Assembly: GCA_963719225.1 (NCBI GenBank) | Contig: CAVRAY010000001.1 | Coordinates: forward strand, 1,632,001-1,696,000 | Source: Thermoanaerobaculia bacterium | GTDB taxonomy: Bacteria; Acidobacteriota; Thermoanaerobaculia; UBA5066 | DNA: 64,000 nucleotides | Reading direction: 5' to 3' | In this document: positions 12,275 through 23,113 of the stretch, piece after piece | How the letters are laid out: the number at the start of each line of letters is the position of its first letter | Position numbering within the stretch: the stretch's first letter is position 1 | Program-made: the position numbers and the translations under genes | Notes under the pieces: model-generated | What the model saw: the letters and a program-made list of their open reading frames with translations, nothing else | What the model was told of the DNA's origin: nothing | Database searches by the model: none

Positions 12275-13207
12275 TTGACCGCGGCGGCTCCGCCCTTCGG
12301 CCTCGTTCTGGCGCCGCATGCGGCCGCGCGCCTGGGCCGCGCGGCGCTCGAGTCCCAGCGCCTGGCGACCGGCTTCCTTCTGCCGGCCCTCGCGGTTCCG
12401 ATCGCCCTCCTTCTCGGAGCCCTGCTCGTCCCGGAAGGCGCGATCGTCGCCTCGGTTCTCGCGATCGCGCTCGTCGCCCTTCCCGCGATCGCCCTCTTCG
12501 CGGCGGCGCGGGACGGCCGTCGCCGGGACGACGTCCTGCTCGTCGTCTTCGCGCTCACGGGGATCGGCGGCCTCGCGGCTCTCCTCGGCGTGTCCGTTGC
12601 CACGGGGCGGGACGCGGGGACGCTCCTCGCGGACCGCTGGGCCGCGCTCGTTCCGGAAATGCTCGCCAACTACCGATCCAGCGGCTGGAGCGAAACCTCG
12701 GTCGCGACGGTGGCGCGGATCTTCGAGTTCGGCCGGGTCCTGATCGAGGAGCAGCTCGCCGGTCTCGTTCTCGCGGCCGCCGTTCTTCATGCGGCCCTCG
12801 TCGTCTATGGGTTCGCGCGCGGCGCCGGCCTGGCCGAGGCGGACTGGTCCGAAGCGTCCTTCAGCCGTTTCCGCACACCGCTCGCGGCGGCCGCCGCGTT
12901 CGTTCCTGCCGGTCTTCTCGCGGCCGTGGGCGGCGCGGAGCTGCGCCGGCCCGCCGTCGATCTCCTGCTGCCGCTCGGCGTCTTGTTTTTTCTGAGAGGT
13001 CTCGCCATAATCCGCGCTCTTCTCGACCGCGGAAGAGCCGGCCTCGTCGGCCGGGTGCTCGTCTACGTGCTGGTCTTTCAGATGCCGTTTCCCCTTCTTC
13101 TCGCGCTTTCGGGCCTCTTCGACGAATTCGTCGACGTGAGGACGCGGCTCGAAAAGAGAGGAACCGGCGGCGAGTCCGCGGGTCCGCCCGGACCCGACGG
13201 ATTCTGA
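12275..13207 (+). CDS. DUF2232/YybS-like membrane protein
   Basis: Multi-pass hydrophobic protein ending FFLRGLA...GLFDEFVDVR, between rpsR and rplI. Confidence 0.75.
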   Translation: MTAAAPPFGLVLAPHAAARLGRAALESQRLATGFLLPALAVPIALLLGALLVPEGAIVASVLAIALVALPAIALFAAARDGRRRDDVLLVVFALTGIGGLAALLGVSVATGRDAGTLLADRWAALVPEMLANYRSSGWSETSVATVARIFEFGRVLIEEQLAGLVLAAAVLHAALVVYGFARGAGLAEADWSEASFSRFRTPLAAAAAFVPAGLLAAVGGAELRRPAVDLLLPLGVLFFLRGLAIIRALLDRGRAGLVGRVLVYVLVFQMPFPLLLALSGLFDEFVDVRTRLEKRGTGGESAGPPGPDGF

Positions 13208-13243
13208 CCGGCGGAAATTCCCAGAAAAGCTGAGGAGCTCACG

Positions 13244-13693
13244 ATGAAAGTGGTCCTGACCGACGACGTGAAGGGGCTCGGGCACCGGGGCGACGTGGTG
13301 AACGTCGCCGAGGGCTACGGCCGGAACTTCCTCCTGCCGAAGGCTCTCGCGTATCCCGCCACCGACGGAAACCTGAAGAGGCTGGAGCAGGAAAAGAAAC
13401 GCTACGACGCCCGCATCGAGCACGAGAAGGACCAGGCCGCCGCCGTGGCGAAATCCATCGAGGGCGCGAAGATCGTCCTGCACAAGAAGGCTGGCGACAA
13501 CAACGCGCTCTATGGCTCGGTGACGCCGTCCGAAGTGGCCGACGCCCTCGAAGCCAAGGGCATCACGGTCGACAAGAGGAAGATCGACCTGGAGGAGCCC
13601 ATCAAGCGCCTCGGCATCCACACGGTTCACGTGAAGCTCCATCGCGACGTAACGGTGGGCGTCACGGTCGAAGTCCTTCCGCTCGTCGTCTGA
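13244..13693 (+). CDS. rplI: 50S ribosomal protein L9
   Basis: MKVVL.DDVKGLG..GDVVNVAEGYGRNFLLP, LYGSVT, IDLEEPIK. Confidence 0.97.
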   Translation: MKVVLTDDVKGLGHRGDVVNVAEGYGRNFLLPKALAYPATDGNLKRLEQEKKRYDARIEHEKDQAAAVAKSIEGAKIVLHKKAGDNNALYGSVTPSEVADALEAKGITVDKRKIDLEEPIKRLGIHTVHVKLHRDVTVGVTVEVLPLVV

Positions 13694-13789
13694 CACGGAA
13701 ACCGCCCGGAAAGAATCCTGGAGCCCGCGGCACCTTCGACTCCGTGTCCGCCGGGCTGACGACGTCCCGTACAATCGCGACACGTTCTC

Positions 13790-16390
13790 ATGACGCTCGC
13801 GCCAGGCACACGCCTCGGTCCTTATGAGGTTCTCGCCTCGCTCGGCGCGGGAGGAATGGGCGAGGTCTACCGGGCGAAAGACCCGAAACTCGCGAGAGAG
13901 GTCGCGGTAAAGGTTCTGCCTGGGGATTTCTTAGAAGGGGAAGAGAGACGGGAGCGATTCGAGCGGGAGGCGCGCGCGCTCGCGAGACTCAATCACCCTG
14001 GCATCGCCTCCGTATATTCATTCGAGGAAATCCCCGGTTCTTCCTCTTCCTCAACTTCTTCCTCTTCGTCTTCCTTGTCCCGCCACATCCTCGTCATGGA
14101 GCTGCTCGAGGGCGAGACGCTGCGCGCGCGCCTCGCGGGCGGGCCGCTGTCGGTCCGCAAGGCGGTGGACTTCGCGGTCCAGGTCGCACGGGGCCTCGCT
14201 GCGGCGCACGAGAAGGGCGTCGTCCACCGCGACCTCAAGCCGGAAAACCTCTTCGTGACGAGGGACGGCCGGGTCAAGATCCTCGACTTCGGTCTCGCGA
14301 AGTCCGTCGAAGCCGGCGCCGGGAGCGGCGGGACGAACCTCCCGACGATGTCGAAGGGCACGGAGCCGGGCGCGGTTCTCGGGACGCTCGGCTACATGTC
14401 GCCGGAGCAGCTCCGGGGCCTCCCCGCGGACCACCGGACCGACCTCTTCAGCTTCGGTGCGGTGCTCTACGAGATGCTTTCCGGGCGGAAAGCGTTCCGG
14501 GGCGACACGGCGGCCGACACCGTCTCGGCGATCCTGCGCGAAGAGCCGCCCGATCTCTCCGCGACGAACCGGACGATCCCGCCTGCGCTCGAGCGGATCG
14601 TGCGCCACTGCCTCGAGAAGAGTCCGGATGAAAGAGCCCATTCCGCGCACGACCTCGCGTTCGACCTCGAGTCCCTCTCGACGGCGTCTTCCGGGTCCAT
14701 CGCGCCGTCTCGAGCGGTCGCCTTCCGAAAACCCTCCCGGCAAGCTCTCATCCTCGCTTCCGTATGCGCCGCGGCCGGCTTGCTCGGCGGGCACGTCGTC
14801 TGGAGGACGCCCGTGCCGGCGCCGCCGACGTTCCACCGGCTCACGTTTCGGCGCGGGAACGTCCTCGGGGCGCGTTTCGCGCCCGACGGCCGGACGGTCG
14901 TGTACGGCGCGGCGTGGGGAGGCGCACCCTCGGAGATCTTCACGGTGCGCACGGAGGGTCCTGAGTCGCGGCCGCTGGGGTTCTCGTCCGCGACCGTGTT
15001 GTCCGTGTCTTCCGGCGGCGAGCTCGCGATCCTCACACGAGAGGGCATGACGGACCCGGGCGCCTGGGGAACGCTTGCGCGAGTGCCGCTTTCGGGCGGG
15101 GCTCCGCGGCCGCTTCTCGAGGAGGTCAACGACGCCGACTGGACGCCCGACGGCAAGGAACTGGCGGTCGTACGCGTCCGCACGGAAGGCGGTCGACGCA
15201 TCGAGCTTCCACCCGGGAAGACTCTCTACGAGACGTCGCGCAGGCTCGGGTCCCTGCGTGTCTCGCCGGACGGCTCGAAGGTCGCCTTCGTCGAGTACGG
15301 AGACGGGGACGCTTCGCTGCGCGTGGTCGACCGCGCGGGGAAAGCGCGCACGATCGCGGGACCGATGGCATCTTTCTCCGGCCGCTTTGCCTGGAACCCG
15401 TCGGGCCGCGAAGTCTGGTATTTCGGCGGGAGTGGCCGGAAGGACGCGGCGCTCCGCGCCGTGGATCTCTCGGGTCGGGTACGGACGCTCTATCGCTCGA
15501 CGGGCTTTCTCTTCGTGCACGATGTTTTCCCGGACGGGCGCGTGCTCCTCGAGCACGCCGCAAGCGTGCGCGGGCTCATGTTCGCGCGCACCGGCGACCG
15601 GCAGGAGACGGAGCTATCCTGGTTCGACAGCTCGCGGATCGTGGCGGTGGCTGCGAGGGGGCGCGCGGTCCTGTTCAACGAGGGCGGCGAGGCGCTGGGC
15701 GGCCGGCTGCAGGCCTTCTTCCGGAAGACGGACGGCTCGTCCGCCGTACGTCTCGCCGACGGCGAAGGGCTTGCTCTCTCCCCGGACGCGACGCGCGTCA
15801 TCATGCGCACCGGAGACGGCCTGACGATTGCCCCGGTGGGCGCCGGTGCGCCGGTTCCCGTTGGGCTCGGCCCGATCGCAGGCGTGACGTCCGCTTCGTT
15901 CTTCTCCGACGGAAGGCGGCTCCTTCTCCATGGAGCCGAGAAGGGAAAGCGTCCGCGGTTCTGGATCGTCGAACCCGGAGGCATCCCTCGTCCGATCTCG
16001 CCCGAAGGCACGCTCGGGGACGCCGGGCTCATGTCGCCTGACGAACGGAGGGTGATCGGCTGGGCGGCCGACACGTCGATCCTCTCGATCGTCTCGACCG
16101 AGGGAGCTGCGGCACGCACCCTCGCCGGAACGCAGTACGACGAACCCCTCGGCTGGACGGCCGACGGCCGGTCGATCTACATCCGCCCGAGCCCCGGACA
16201 GCTGGGGATGATCGGCACGCTCGACGTGGACACGCTTGCACGCAAGCCCTGGAAATCGTTCGCACCGCCGGATCCCTCGAGCGTCTCGTCCTTCCCGGGA
16301 GTCGCGTTCGCTCCGGATGGATCCGCGTATGCCTACACGTACCAGCGCGTGCTGACGTCCGACCTCTACGTGGTCGAAGGGCTGAAGTGA
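13790..16390 (+). CDS. Ser/Thr protein kinase with C-terminal TolB/PD40-like beta-propeller
   Basis: Complete kinase motifs, short hydrophobic segment, then repeated (F/W/V)-(S/A/T)-P-D-G blades. Confidence 0.92.
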   Translation: MTLAPGTRLGPYEVLASLGAGGMGEVYRAKDPKLAREVAVKVLPGDFLEGEERRERFEREARALARLNHPGIASVYSFEEIPGSSSSSTSSSSSSLSRHILVMELLEGETLRARLAGGPLSVRKAVDFAVQVARGLAAAHEKGVVHRDLKPENLFVTRDGRVKILDFGLAKSVEAGAGSGGTNLPTMSKGTEPGAVLGTLGYMSPEQLRGLPADHRTDLFSFGAVLYEMLSGRKAFRGDTAADTVSAILREEPPDLSATNRTIPPALERIVRHCLEKSPDERAHSAHDLAFDLESLSTASSGSIAPSRAVAFRKPSRQALILASVCAAAGLLGGHVVWRTPVPAPPTFHRLTFRRGNVLGARFAPDGRTVVYGAAWGGAPSEIFTVRTEGPESRPLGFSSATVLSVSSGGELAILTREGMTDPGAWGTLARVPLSGGAPRPLLEEVNDADWTPDGKELAVVRVRTEGGRRIELPPGKTLYETSRRLGSLRVSPDGSKVAFVEYGDGDASLRVVDRAGKARTIAGPMASFSGRFAWNPSGREVWYFGGSGRKDAALRAVDLSGRVRTLYRSTGFLFVHDVFPDGRVLLEHAASVRGLMFARTGDRQETELSWFDSSRIVAVAARGRAVLFNEGGEALGGRLQAFFRKTDGSSAVRLADGEGLALSPDATRVIMRTGDGLTIAPVGAGAPVPVGLGPIAGVTSASFFSDGRRLLLHGAEKGKRPRFWIVEPGGIPRPISPEGTLGDAGLMSPDERRVIGWAADTSILSIVSTEGAAARTLAGTQYDEPLGWTADGRSIYIRPSPGQLGMIGTLDVDTLARKPWKSFAPPDPSSVSSFPGVAFAPDGSAYAYTYQRVLTSDLYVVEGLK

Positions 16391-16393
16391 CCG

Positions 16394-18793
16394 TCAGCCC
16401 GGCGGACCGGGGCCGGGCTTTGGCGGAGGTGCGGCGAGCTTCGGGGCGTCCGTCACGGTGACTTCGTCGCTCTTCGTCTCCCCGCGTTTCGGCGAGTAGA
16501 TCGCCCGCTGGAGGTATTCGGGAAGCCTCGCGACCGCGTGCGGCTGGTCGCCGCACATCTCCGTGGGCTGCGTGCCGCTCACGAACGCCATGAGCACGAC
16601 CTTCGCGCAGGAGGGTGCCGCGCGGTAACCGGTGGCCTCGTCGACGGCCACGAGAACGACGCCCTGCGGCGTCTCGAAATCCTCGGCCTGGGTCACGAGG
16701 CCTGCATCGCGCATCTTCTCGACGATCTTGACGAAGATCGGAAGAGCCACGTCGGCGCCCGCGGACCTCGGCCCGAGCGTTTTCTTCGTGTCATGCCCGA
16801 CCCACACGGCGATCGTGTGGCGCGGCGTCATGCCGATGAACCAGGCGTCCGTGAAGTCGTTCGTCGTGCCCGTCTTTCCGGCGAGAGGGAGCTTGAGCCG
16901 GGCCGCGGAGCCCGCGGTGCCGCGCGCCACGACACCCCGCATCATGTTCAGCAGGACGTAGGCGGCGGCGGGCGATGTGGCCTCCTTCGGCTCGGGCGTG
17001 TTCTGCTCGAGCAGGATTCCGTCCGCGTTGCGGATCCGCTCGACGAGGTAGGGCTTGTACGCCACGCCGCCGCTCGCGATGGCGGAGTAGGCGGCGGCCA
17101 TCTCGATCGGAGTCACCTCGAAAGAGCCGAGAGCGAGAGAGGGATAAGCGAGGAGGTTCTGCCGGACCCCGAGCCTGCGCGCCGCCTCGATGACCTTTTT
17201 CGTGCCCACGAGCAGATCCACGCGCACCGTCGCGACGTTCAGGGAATGCTCGAGCGCGTATTGGTACGTCACGATGCCGTTGTATTTGCGCTCGTAGTTC
17301 TGCGGCTGCCAGGGCGGCTCTCTGGGGTCCATGACGATCGAGAGCGGCGCGTCGAGGACCGTGTCCGCGGGAGTGAATCCCTGCTCGATGGCCGCCAGGT
17401 ACACGGCGGGCTTGAACGCGGAGCCGACCTGACGAAGCGCCTGGACGGCCCGGTCGAATTTCGAGCGGTTGAAATCGTATCCCCCGGTGAGCGCCCGGAC
17501 CGCGCCGGTGCCGTTCTCCAGGATGACGACCGCTCCTTCGACGTGGGGATCCTGCGCGACGAGCGTCTCCTCCTTGCCCGTGTCGTTCACGAACGTCTCG
17601 ATCTGGATCAGGTCTCCCCGCTGGACGGCTTTCGCGGGACTTTCGGCGCGCGTCCACCGGAACGCCGCCGCAGGGACGGTGAAGCGCTTCGTGTCGACCC
17701 GCACCTCGACCCCCGCTTTCGAGGCCGACAGGACGACGCCCGTGAGCGTGTCGGAGGGAGGAACCCCGTCGAACCAGGACGGGTCTCGGTACTTCTCCGG
17801 GTCGATCCCTTCGGAGACGAGGTTGCGCGGCTTGCGGAAGCCCGCGCGGCGGTCGACGCGCCGAAGACCGCTTCGCAGAGCCTCCTCCGCCCACGTCTCG
17901 AGCCGGGGGTCGAGTGTCGTGTCGACCCGCAGTCCCTCGCGATAGAGGTCTCCCTCCCCGTACTCCTTCTCGAGATACTGGCGGACCTCCTCGCAGAAAT
18001 AGAGGCCGAGCGTCGTCTCGCGCGACGAGCGGATGACCTCCACGGGAGTCGCCTGAGCCGCCGCCCGCTGCGCGTCCGAAAGGAATCCCTCCTCGGCCAT
18101 GCGGCGAAGAACGAGGTCGCGGCGGTTTTTCGCAGCGGTCGCGTTGTTGAAGGGCGAGTAGTACGCGGGACGCTGAATGACGCCTGCCAGGAGCGCCGCC
18201 TCGGGCAAGGTCAGCGTCTTGGCGCCATGTCCGAAGTACCAACGCGATGCCGCCTCGACGCCGTAGGTCCCGTGCCCGAACGGGATCTGGTTCAGGTACA
18301 TCGTCAGGATCTGGTCCTTCGAGAACTGTTTCTCGATCTCGACCGTGAGGAAGATCTCGTTGATCTTCCGCGCCCACGTCTTCTCGGGCGTCAGGAAGAC
18401 GGCGCGGGCGAGCTGTTGCGTCAAGGTGGAGGCGCCCTGCGACATCCGGCGCGTCGCGAGGTCCCGCATCGCTGCGCCTCCGATCCGGATGAGGTCGAGG
18501 CCGCTGTGGTCGAAAAAGCGCGCGTCCTCGGCGGCGAGCAGCGCCTTGACCATCACGTCCGGAATTTCCTGCCGCTCGACGAGGGTTCGGCGCTCGATCG
18601 CGAAGCGCGCGATGACGGAGCCGTCGGCGCCGCGCAGCTCGGTGATGATGTCGGGCCGGTACGTGGCGAGCTCGGAAACCTTCGGCACGCGGATCACGCG
18701 CGACAGGGCGTATCCGGCTCCGGCGCCGAGGCCGGCCGTGAGAAGGACCGGCAGGAAAAGGACGGCCAGGGCCGCCGCGCGGCGCGCGCTCAC
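16394..18793 (-). CDS. Penicillin-binding protein 1A family (transglycosylase/transpeptidase)
   Basis: AAEDARF, GASTLTQQL; transpeptidase GSAFK, SLN, GKTGT. Confidence 0.94.
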   Translation of the reverse strand: MSARRAAALAVLFLPVLLTAGLGAGAGYALSRVIRVPKVSELATYRPDIITELRGADGSVIARFAIERRTLVERQEIPDVMVKALLAAEDARFFDHSGLDLIRIGGAAMRDLATRRMSQGASTLTQQLARAVFLTPEKTWARKINEIFLTVEIEKQFSKDQILTMYLNQIPFGHGTYGVEAASRWYFGHGAKTLTLPEAALLAGVIQRPAYYSPFNNATAAKNRRDLVLRRMAEEGFLSDAQRAAAQATPVEVIRSSRETTLGLYFCEEVRQYLEKEYGEGDLYREGLRVDTTLDPRLETWAEEALRSGLRRVDRRAGFRKPRNLVSEGIDPEKYRDPSWFDGVPPSDTLTGVVLSASKAGVEVRVDTKRFTVPAAAFRWTRAESPAKAVQRGDLIQIETFVNDTGKEETLVAQDPHVEGAVVILENGTGAVRALTGGYDFNRSKFDRAVQALRQVGSAFKPAVYLAAIEQGFTPADTVLDAPLSIVMDPREPPWQPQNYERKYNGIVTYQYALEHSLNVATVRVDLLVGTKKVIEAARRLGVRQNLLAYPSLALGSFEVTPIEMAAAYSAIASGGVAYKPYLVERIRNADGILLEQNTPEPKEATSPAAAYVLLNMMRGVVARGTAGSAARLKLPLAGKTGTTNDFTDAWFIGMTPRHTIAVWVGHDTKKTLGPRSAGADVALPIFVKIVEKMRDAGLVTQAEDFETPQGVVLVAVDEATGYRAAPSCAKVVLMAFVSGTQPTEMCGDQPHAVARLPEYLQRAIYSPKRGETKSDEVTVTDAPKLAAPPPKPGPGPPG

Positions 18794-18825
18794 GTCTCAT
18801 TCTCGCACGTGGTAATTTCGCGGCG

Positions 18826-19269
18826 ATGAGCGGGACTCCTCCTCCGGTTCCCTCCGCCCCCGGGACGCCTCCGCAGATTCCCATGACGCTGCCGCCCTTC
18901 GAGGACGCGGCGGCCCGCGCACGGAGGCAGGGCTGTTTGAAATGGGGGCTCGTCGGCTGCGCGGGCGCTTCGGTGGCCGTGATCGTCGGGCTCCTCTTCC
19001 TCATGAGCAACGCGAAGAAACTGATGGACTTCGCGTTCGACCAGATGGGCGACCAGATTCTCGTCGCATGCACGCCCGACGTGACGCCCTCCGAGAAGGA
19101 AAGTTTCCGGGGGGCGATGAGATCCTTCGCCGCGAAGGCGAAGGACCGGAAGGTGACGGCGCAGCAGGTCGCCGCGTTTCAGGGCCGCGTGAAAACGGCG
19201 ATCGCCGACAACCGGGTCACGAGGGAGGAGCTCCTTGCCCTCACGGTCTTCCTGAAGGACCCGCCCTGA
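18826..19269 (+). CDS. Hypothetical single-pass membrane protein
   Basis: Pro-rich N-terminus, GCLKWGLVGC plus TM segment, helical C-domain; fills the gap before uvrB. Confidence 0.7.
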   Translation: MSGTPPPVPSAPGTPPQIPMTLPPFEDAAARARRQGCLKWGLVGCAGASVAVIVGLLFLMSNAKKLMDFAFDQMGDQILVACTPDVTPSEKESFRGAMRSFAAKAKDRKVTAQQVAAFQGRVKTAIADNRVTREELLALTVFLKDPP

Positions 19270-19290
19270 CGAAATCGCCGCGGTGAATCC

Positions 19291-21272
19291 GTGCCGGATT
19301 TCGAGTTCCTCTCCCCGCTGACCCCGCAGGGCGACCAGCCTCACGCCATCGAGCAGCTCGTCGCGGCCTATCGCGAAAGCCGCCAGAAGCAGGTTCTCCT
19401 CGGCGTCACGGGCTCCGGAAAGACGTTCACGATGGCGAAGGTCGTCGAGGCGCTGAACCGCCCCACGCTCGTCCTCTCCCACAACAAGACGCTCGCCGCC
19501 CAGCTCTACCAGGAATTCCGGAGCTTCTTTCCGAAGAACCGTGTGGAGTACTTCGTCTCCTACTACGACTATTACCAGCCCGAGGCGTACGTGCCGCAGT
19601 CGGACACGTACATCGAGAAGGAAACGCAGGTCAACGACGAGATCGACAAAATGCGCATCGCCGCGACGGCCGCGCTCTTCGAGAGGCGCGACGTGCTGAT
19701 CGTCGCCTCCGTGTCGTGCATTTACGGCCTCGGCAGCCCGGAGTCGTTCGGGAAGATGGCGATCGAGCTCCAGAAGGGCGCGCGCTACGGAATGACGTGG
19801 TATCTCAAGCAGCTCGTCGAGGCGCAGTACGAGCGGACGAGCCTCGACCTCGAGCGCGGCGGCTTCCGGGTTCGCGGCGACGTCCTCGAGATCCAGCCGT
19901 CGTACGAGGACCTCGGCCTGAGAGTCGAGTTCTTCGGCGACGAGATCGACCGCATCACGCGCTTCGAGATCGTGACCGGCAGGACGGTCGGGGAGATCGC
20001 GCGCTTCGAGCTCTTTCCGAAATCCCACTACGTGACCCCCGAAGAGATCCGGAAAGGGCGCTGGGATCGATCGAGGCTGAGCTCGTCGTGCGGCTCGAGG
20101 AACTTCACGCGCAGAACAAGCTGCTCGAGGCGCAGCGCCTCGAGCAGCGGACCCGATTCGACCTCGAGATGATGCGGGAGATCGGCTACTGCGCGGGCAT
20201 CGAGAATTACTCGCGCCACCTCTCGGGACGCCGGCCGGGGGAGCCGCCGCCCACGCTCCTGGACTATTTCCCGGCGGATTACCTCACGATCATCGACGAG
20301 AGCCACCAGACGGTGCCGCAGCTCCGCGCCATGTATCACGGCGACCAGTCCCGCAAGAAGACGCTCGTGGAGTACGGCTTCCGGCTTCCGTCCGCCCTCG
20401 ACAACCGCCCGCTGAAGTTCGAGGAGTGGCTCGAGCGCGCGGGCCAGCGGCTCTTCGTCTCCGCCACCCCTGCCGCGTACGAGCTCGCGGAGACGGGAGG
20501 AGAGGTCGTCGAGCAGCTCCTGAGGCCGACGGGCCTCCTCGACCCGCCCATCGAGGTGAAGCCCGTGAAAGGCCAGGTGGACGATCTCCTGTCGCGCGTG
20601 AAGGAGCGCACGGCGAAAGGCGAGCGAACGCTCGTCACGACGCTCACGAAGCGGATGGCCGAGGACCTGACGAACTACTACCTCGAGCTCGGCGTGCGCG
20701 TGCGGTACCTCCACAGCGACATCGAGACGCTCGAGCGCGTCCAGATCATCGGCGACTTCCGCCGCGGCGTCTTCGACGTTCTCGTGGGCGTGAACCTGCT
20801 GCGCGAGGGGCTCGACCTGCCCGAGGTTTCCCTCGTGGCCGTTCTCGACGCCGACAAGGAAGGCTTCCTGAGATCCGAGACGTCGCTCATCCAGACGGCC
20901 GGGCGCGCGGCGCGGAACGTGAACGGGATCGCCGTCTTCTACGCGGACCGCATCACGGATTCCATGCGGCGGGCAATGGACGAGACCGAGCGCCGCCGGA
21001 TACTCCAGCGCGCGTACAACGAGGAGCACGGCATCGTGCCGGAGACGATCGTCAAGTCGCTCGACTCGCCTCTCCTCCAGATGGCCGAGCTCGACTACCT
21101 CGAACCGAGCCGCCTCGACCGGCGGGTGAAGGCGAAGGACGCGCCGTCTCTCGACCGCGAGATCGCGGACCTCGAGAAGGAGATGAAGACGGCGGCGAAG
21201 GAGCTCGAGTTCGAGAAGGCCGCGCAGCTCCGCGACCGCATCCGGGAGCTCCGCGCGATGAAGCTTTTCTGA
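19291..21272 (+). CDS. uvrB: Excinuclease ABC subunit B, split by a one-base frameshift near 20052
   Basis: First frame has [22 protein letters not shown]; second frame has [33 protein letters not shown] tail; adding one G at atccgg^aaagg joins them. Confidence 0.93.
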
Positions 21273-21343
21273 CGGCTGCCGGGGCCTTTCGGCCGCCTCT
21301 GGTCGGGACGCGGCGCCCGAATTAGACTGCGAGAGGGGTTTCG

Positions 21344-21898
21344 ATGAAGATCACACGAACGCTGGTCATCGCGGTGTCCGTTACCCTCGGCTCTTTGCCT
21401 GGACAGTCGCTCGCGCAGAAAGCCGCGGAGTCGACCGTGACCCTCGACCGGGCGGCTCAGAGCGCGGAGGCGACCAATGATCAACGGCAGGCGCTGGTGC
21501 CGGATCCCGGAAAGCGTTTCCTCTGGGTCGCGGCGACTCTGTCCGGCGCACCGAAAGACATCGACCTGACGAAGGTCACGCTCGTCGGCGGATCGGACAA
21601 GGCCTCACTGATCGGCGTCGACAGCGCATTCGGCGGCGAGCCGAAGCAGTTCTCGATGATCGCGCCGGCGCGCTCGAAGGACGGCAAGCTCCTCGAGCCG
21701 CTCGAAGAGACGAGGTCGATCGGCACCATCGGCTTCGCATTCACGCCGGGAAAGGTCGCCACGCTCAAGGTGATCGGGCCTCCGCAGTCGTTCTGTCTCC
21801 TGTTCAGCGTTTCGCACGGGTTCCGCACGGGCACGATCAGCGGGCTCGGCGCCAAGGCTCTTCCGCTGCCTGCACTCGCGGCGACCGGTCACCCTTGA
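21344..21898 (+). CDS. Hypothetical secreted protein
   Basis: Signal peptide, beta-rich body, purine-rich RBS. Confidence 0.7.
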   Translation: MKITRTLVIAVSVTLGSLPGQSLAQKAAESTVTLDRAAQSAEATNDQRQALVPDPGKRFLWVAATLSGAPKDIDLTKVTLVGGSDKASLIGVDSAFGGEPKQFSMIAPARSKDGKLLEPLEETRSIGTIGFAFTPGKVATLKVIGPPQSFCLLFSVSHGFRTGTISGLGAKALPLPALAATGHP

Positions 21899-21908
21899 GG
21901 AGCCCGAC

Positions 21909-22961
21909 ATGAGATCCCGCCTCGCTCTTCTCGTCTGCATGTCGGCGCTGGCCGGCGCGAGCCTGCCGGCCGCTGCAGCGGAAGTGCGGCTCCAGTACCG
22001 CGTCGTGTACGCCACCGCGAAAGACCTCGGCCGCCAGCTCGAGTCCGCCGGAAAGGAAGGCTTCGCCTGTCTCGCGGTCGCACGGCCCGATCCAGCTGTA
22101 GCGGTGCCCGGAGTCGTCGTCCTGCTCGGCCGCACCGCTTCATCCCCGGGGTCTCCCGTCTCGCATCGCGTCGTCGCCGCCGGATGGGCGGGCACGGACC
22201 TGGCCGAGCCGCTCGATCGCGCCGGCGGCGAGGGCTTTCGTCTCTGCGGCGCCGTCCTCGACGAGGAGCCGGGTCGGACGTCTCTCGTCGCCGTTCTGAC
22301 GCGGAAGGACGGCGCTCCGGCACCGGCTCGCTACGACGTCGAGGTCCTCAAGAACTACAAGGAGAGCCTCGTTCGCCTGAACGTCCGCGCGGCCGACGGA
22401 TTCGTGCCCGTCGCGGCGGCGCCGGTCAACGACAACCGGGTGCCCGAAATGCGGTCGTGGCTCGTCGTCGCCGAGAAGACCGGCTCACTCCCGCGTGAGG
22501 TGGCCGTCCGTTCGAGCTCGGGCCCGGACGGTTTTCAGAAGGTCCTCAACGAGCAGGGCGGCCAGGGCTATCGCGTCGACCTGATCTGGAAGGAAGGCAA
22601 CGACGCCGTGGCGATGATGTCGCGCCCACGCGGCGACGCGAAAGGAGCCGCCGTTTTCGCGGTCGACGCCGCGACGACCGACAAGATCCACTGGCTGAAG
22701 GGGCTCTACCTCGCCGACGTGGCCCATCGCGGCGAGGAGCGTCTCGTCATCCGCGACAGCGGCAGGTCCTCGTCGATCGAGGTGGAGGAGGATCCGTTGC
22801 CGCCGCTCTCGAAGCTGGGAACTGCCGATGCGGAGGCGCTCGAGGTGCTCGGCAACCATCTCTCGCGTCACGGCGGCTTCGTACCCGCGTCCGCACGCAT
22901 TCGTCGCGGGCCGGGCGGAACCTTCGTTCTCGCGACGGTGATCACACAACGCGGGCCGTGA
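21909..22961 (+). CDS. Secreted protein with four internal repeats (DUF4177-like)
   Basis: Signal peptide; repeats ending LESAGKEGF, LDRAGGEGF, LNVRAADGF, LNEQGGQGY. Confidence 0.65.
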   Translation: MRSRLALLVCMSALAGASLPAAAAEVRLQYRVVYATAKDLGRQLESAGKEGFACLAVARPDPAVAVPGVVVLLGRTASSPGSPVSHRVVAAGWAGTDLAEPLDRAGGEGFRLCGAVLDEEPGRTSLVAVLTRKDGAPAPARYDVEVLKNYKESLVRLNVRAADGFVPVAAAPVNDNRVPEMRSWLVVAEKTGSLPREVAVRSSSGPDGFQKVLNEQGGQGYRVDLIWKEGNDAVAMMSRPRGDAKGAAVFAVDAATTDKIHWLKGLYLADVAHRGEERLVIRDSGRSSSIEVEEDPLPPLSKLGTADAEALEVLGNHLSRHGGFVPASARIRRGPGGTFVLATVITQRGP

Positions 22962-23113
22962 GGCGGAAAGTTTTCGCTGGAGGCTCGTTTCGATAGAGAT
23001 TTTTTTCGCCGCGCGATACGATTCGCCTCAGGGGGTTTCCTCGATCCCATCGGGGGGATCCCGGGCGGCCGCCATGATTCTCGGACGCGCGTCGTCCCGC
23101 GACCGCGGAGGGA

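Noticed and set aside
20045-20070. Programmed frameshift in uvrB
   Set aside because: No canonical slippery heptamer and no precedent I know of; a single missing G explains it
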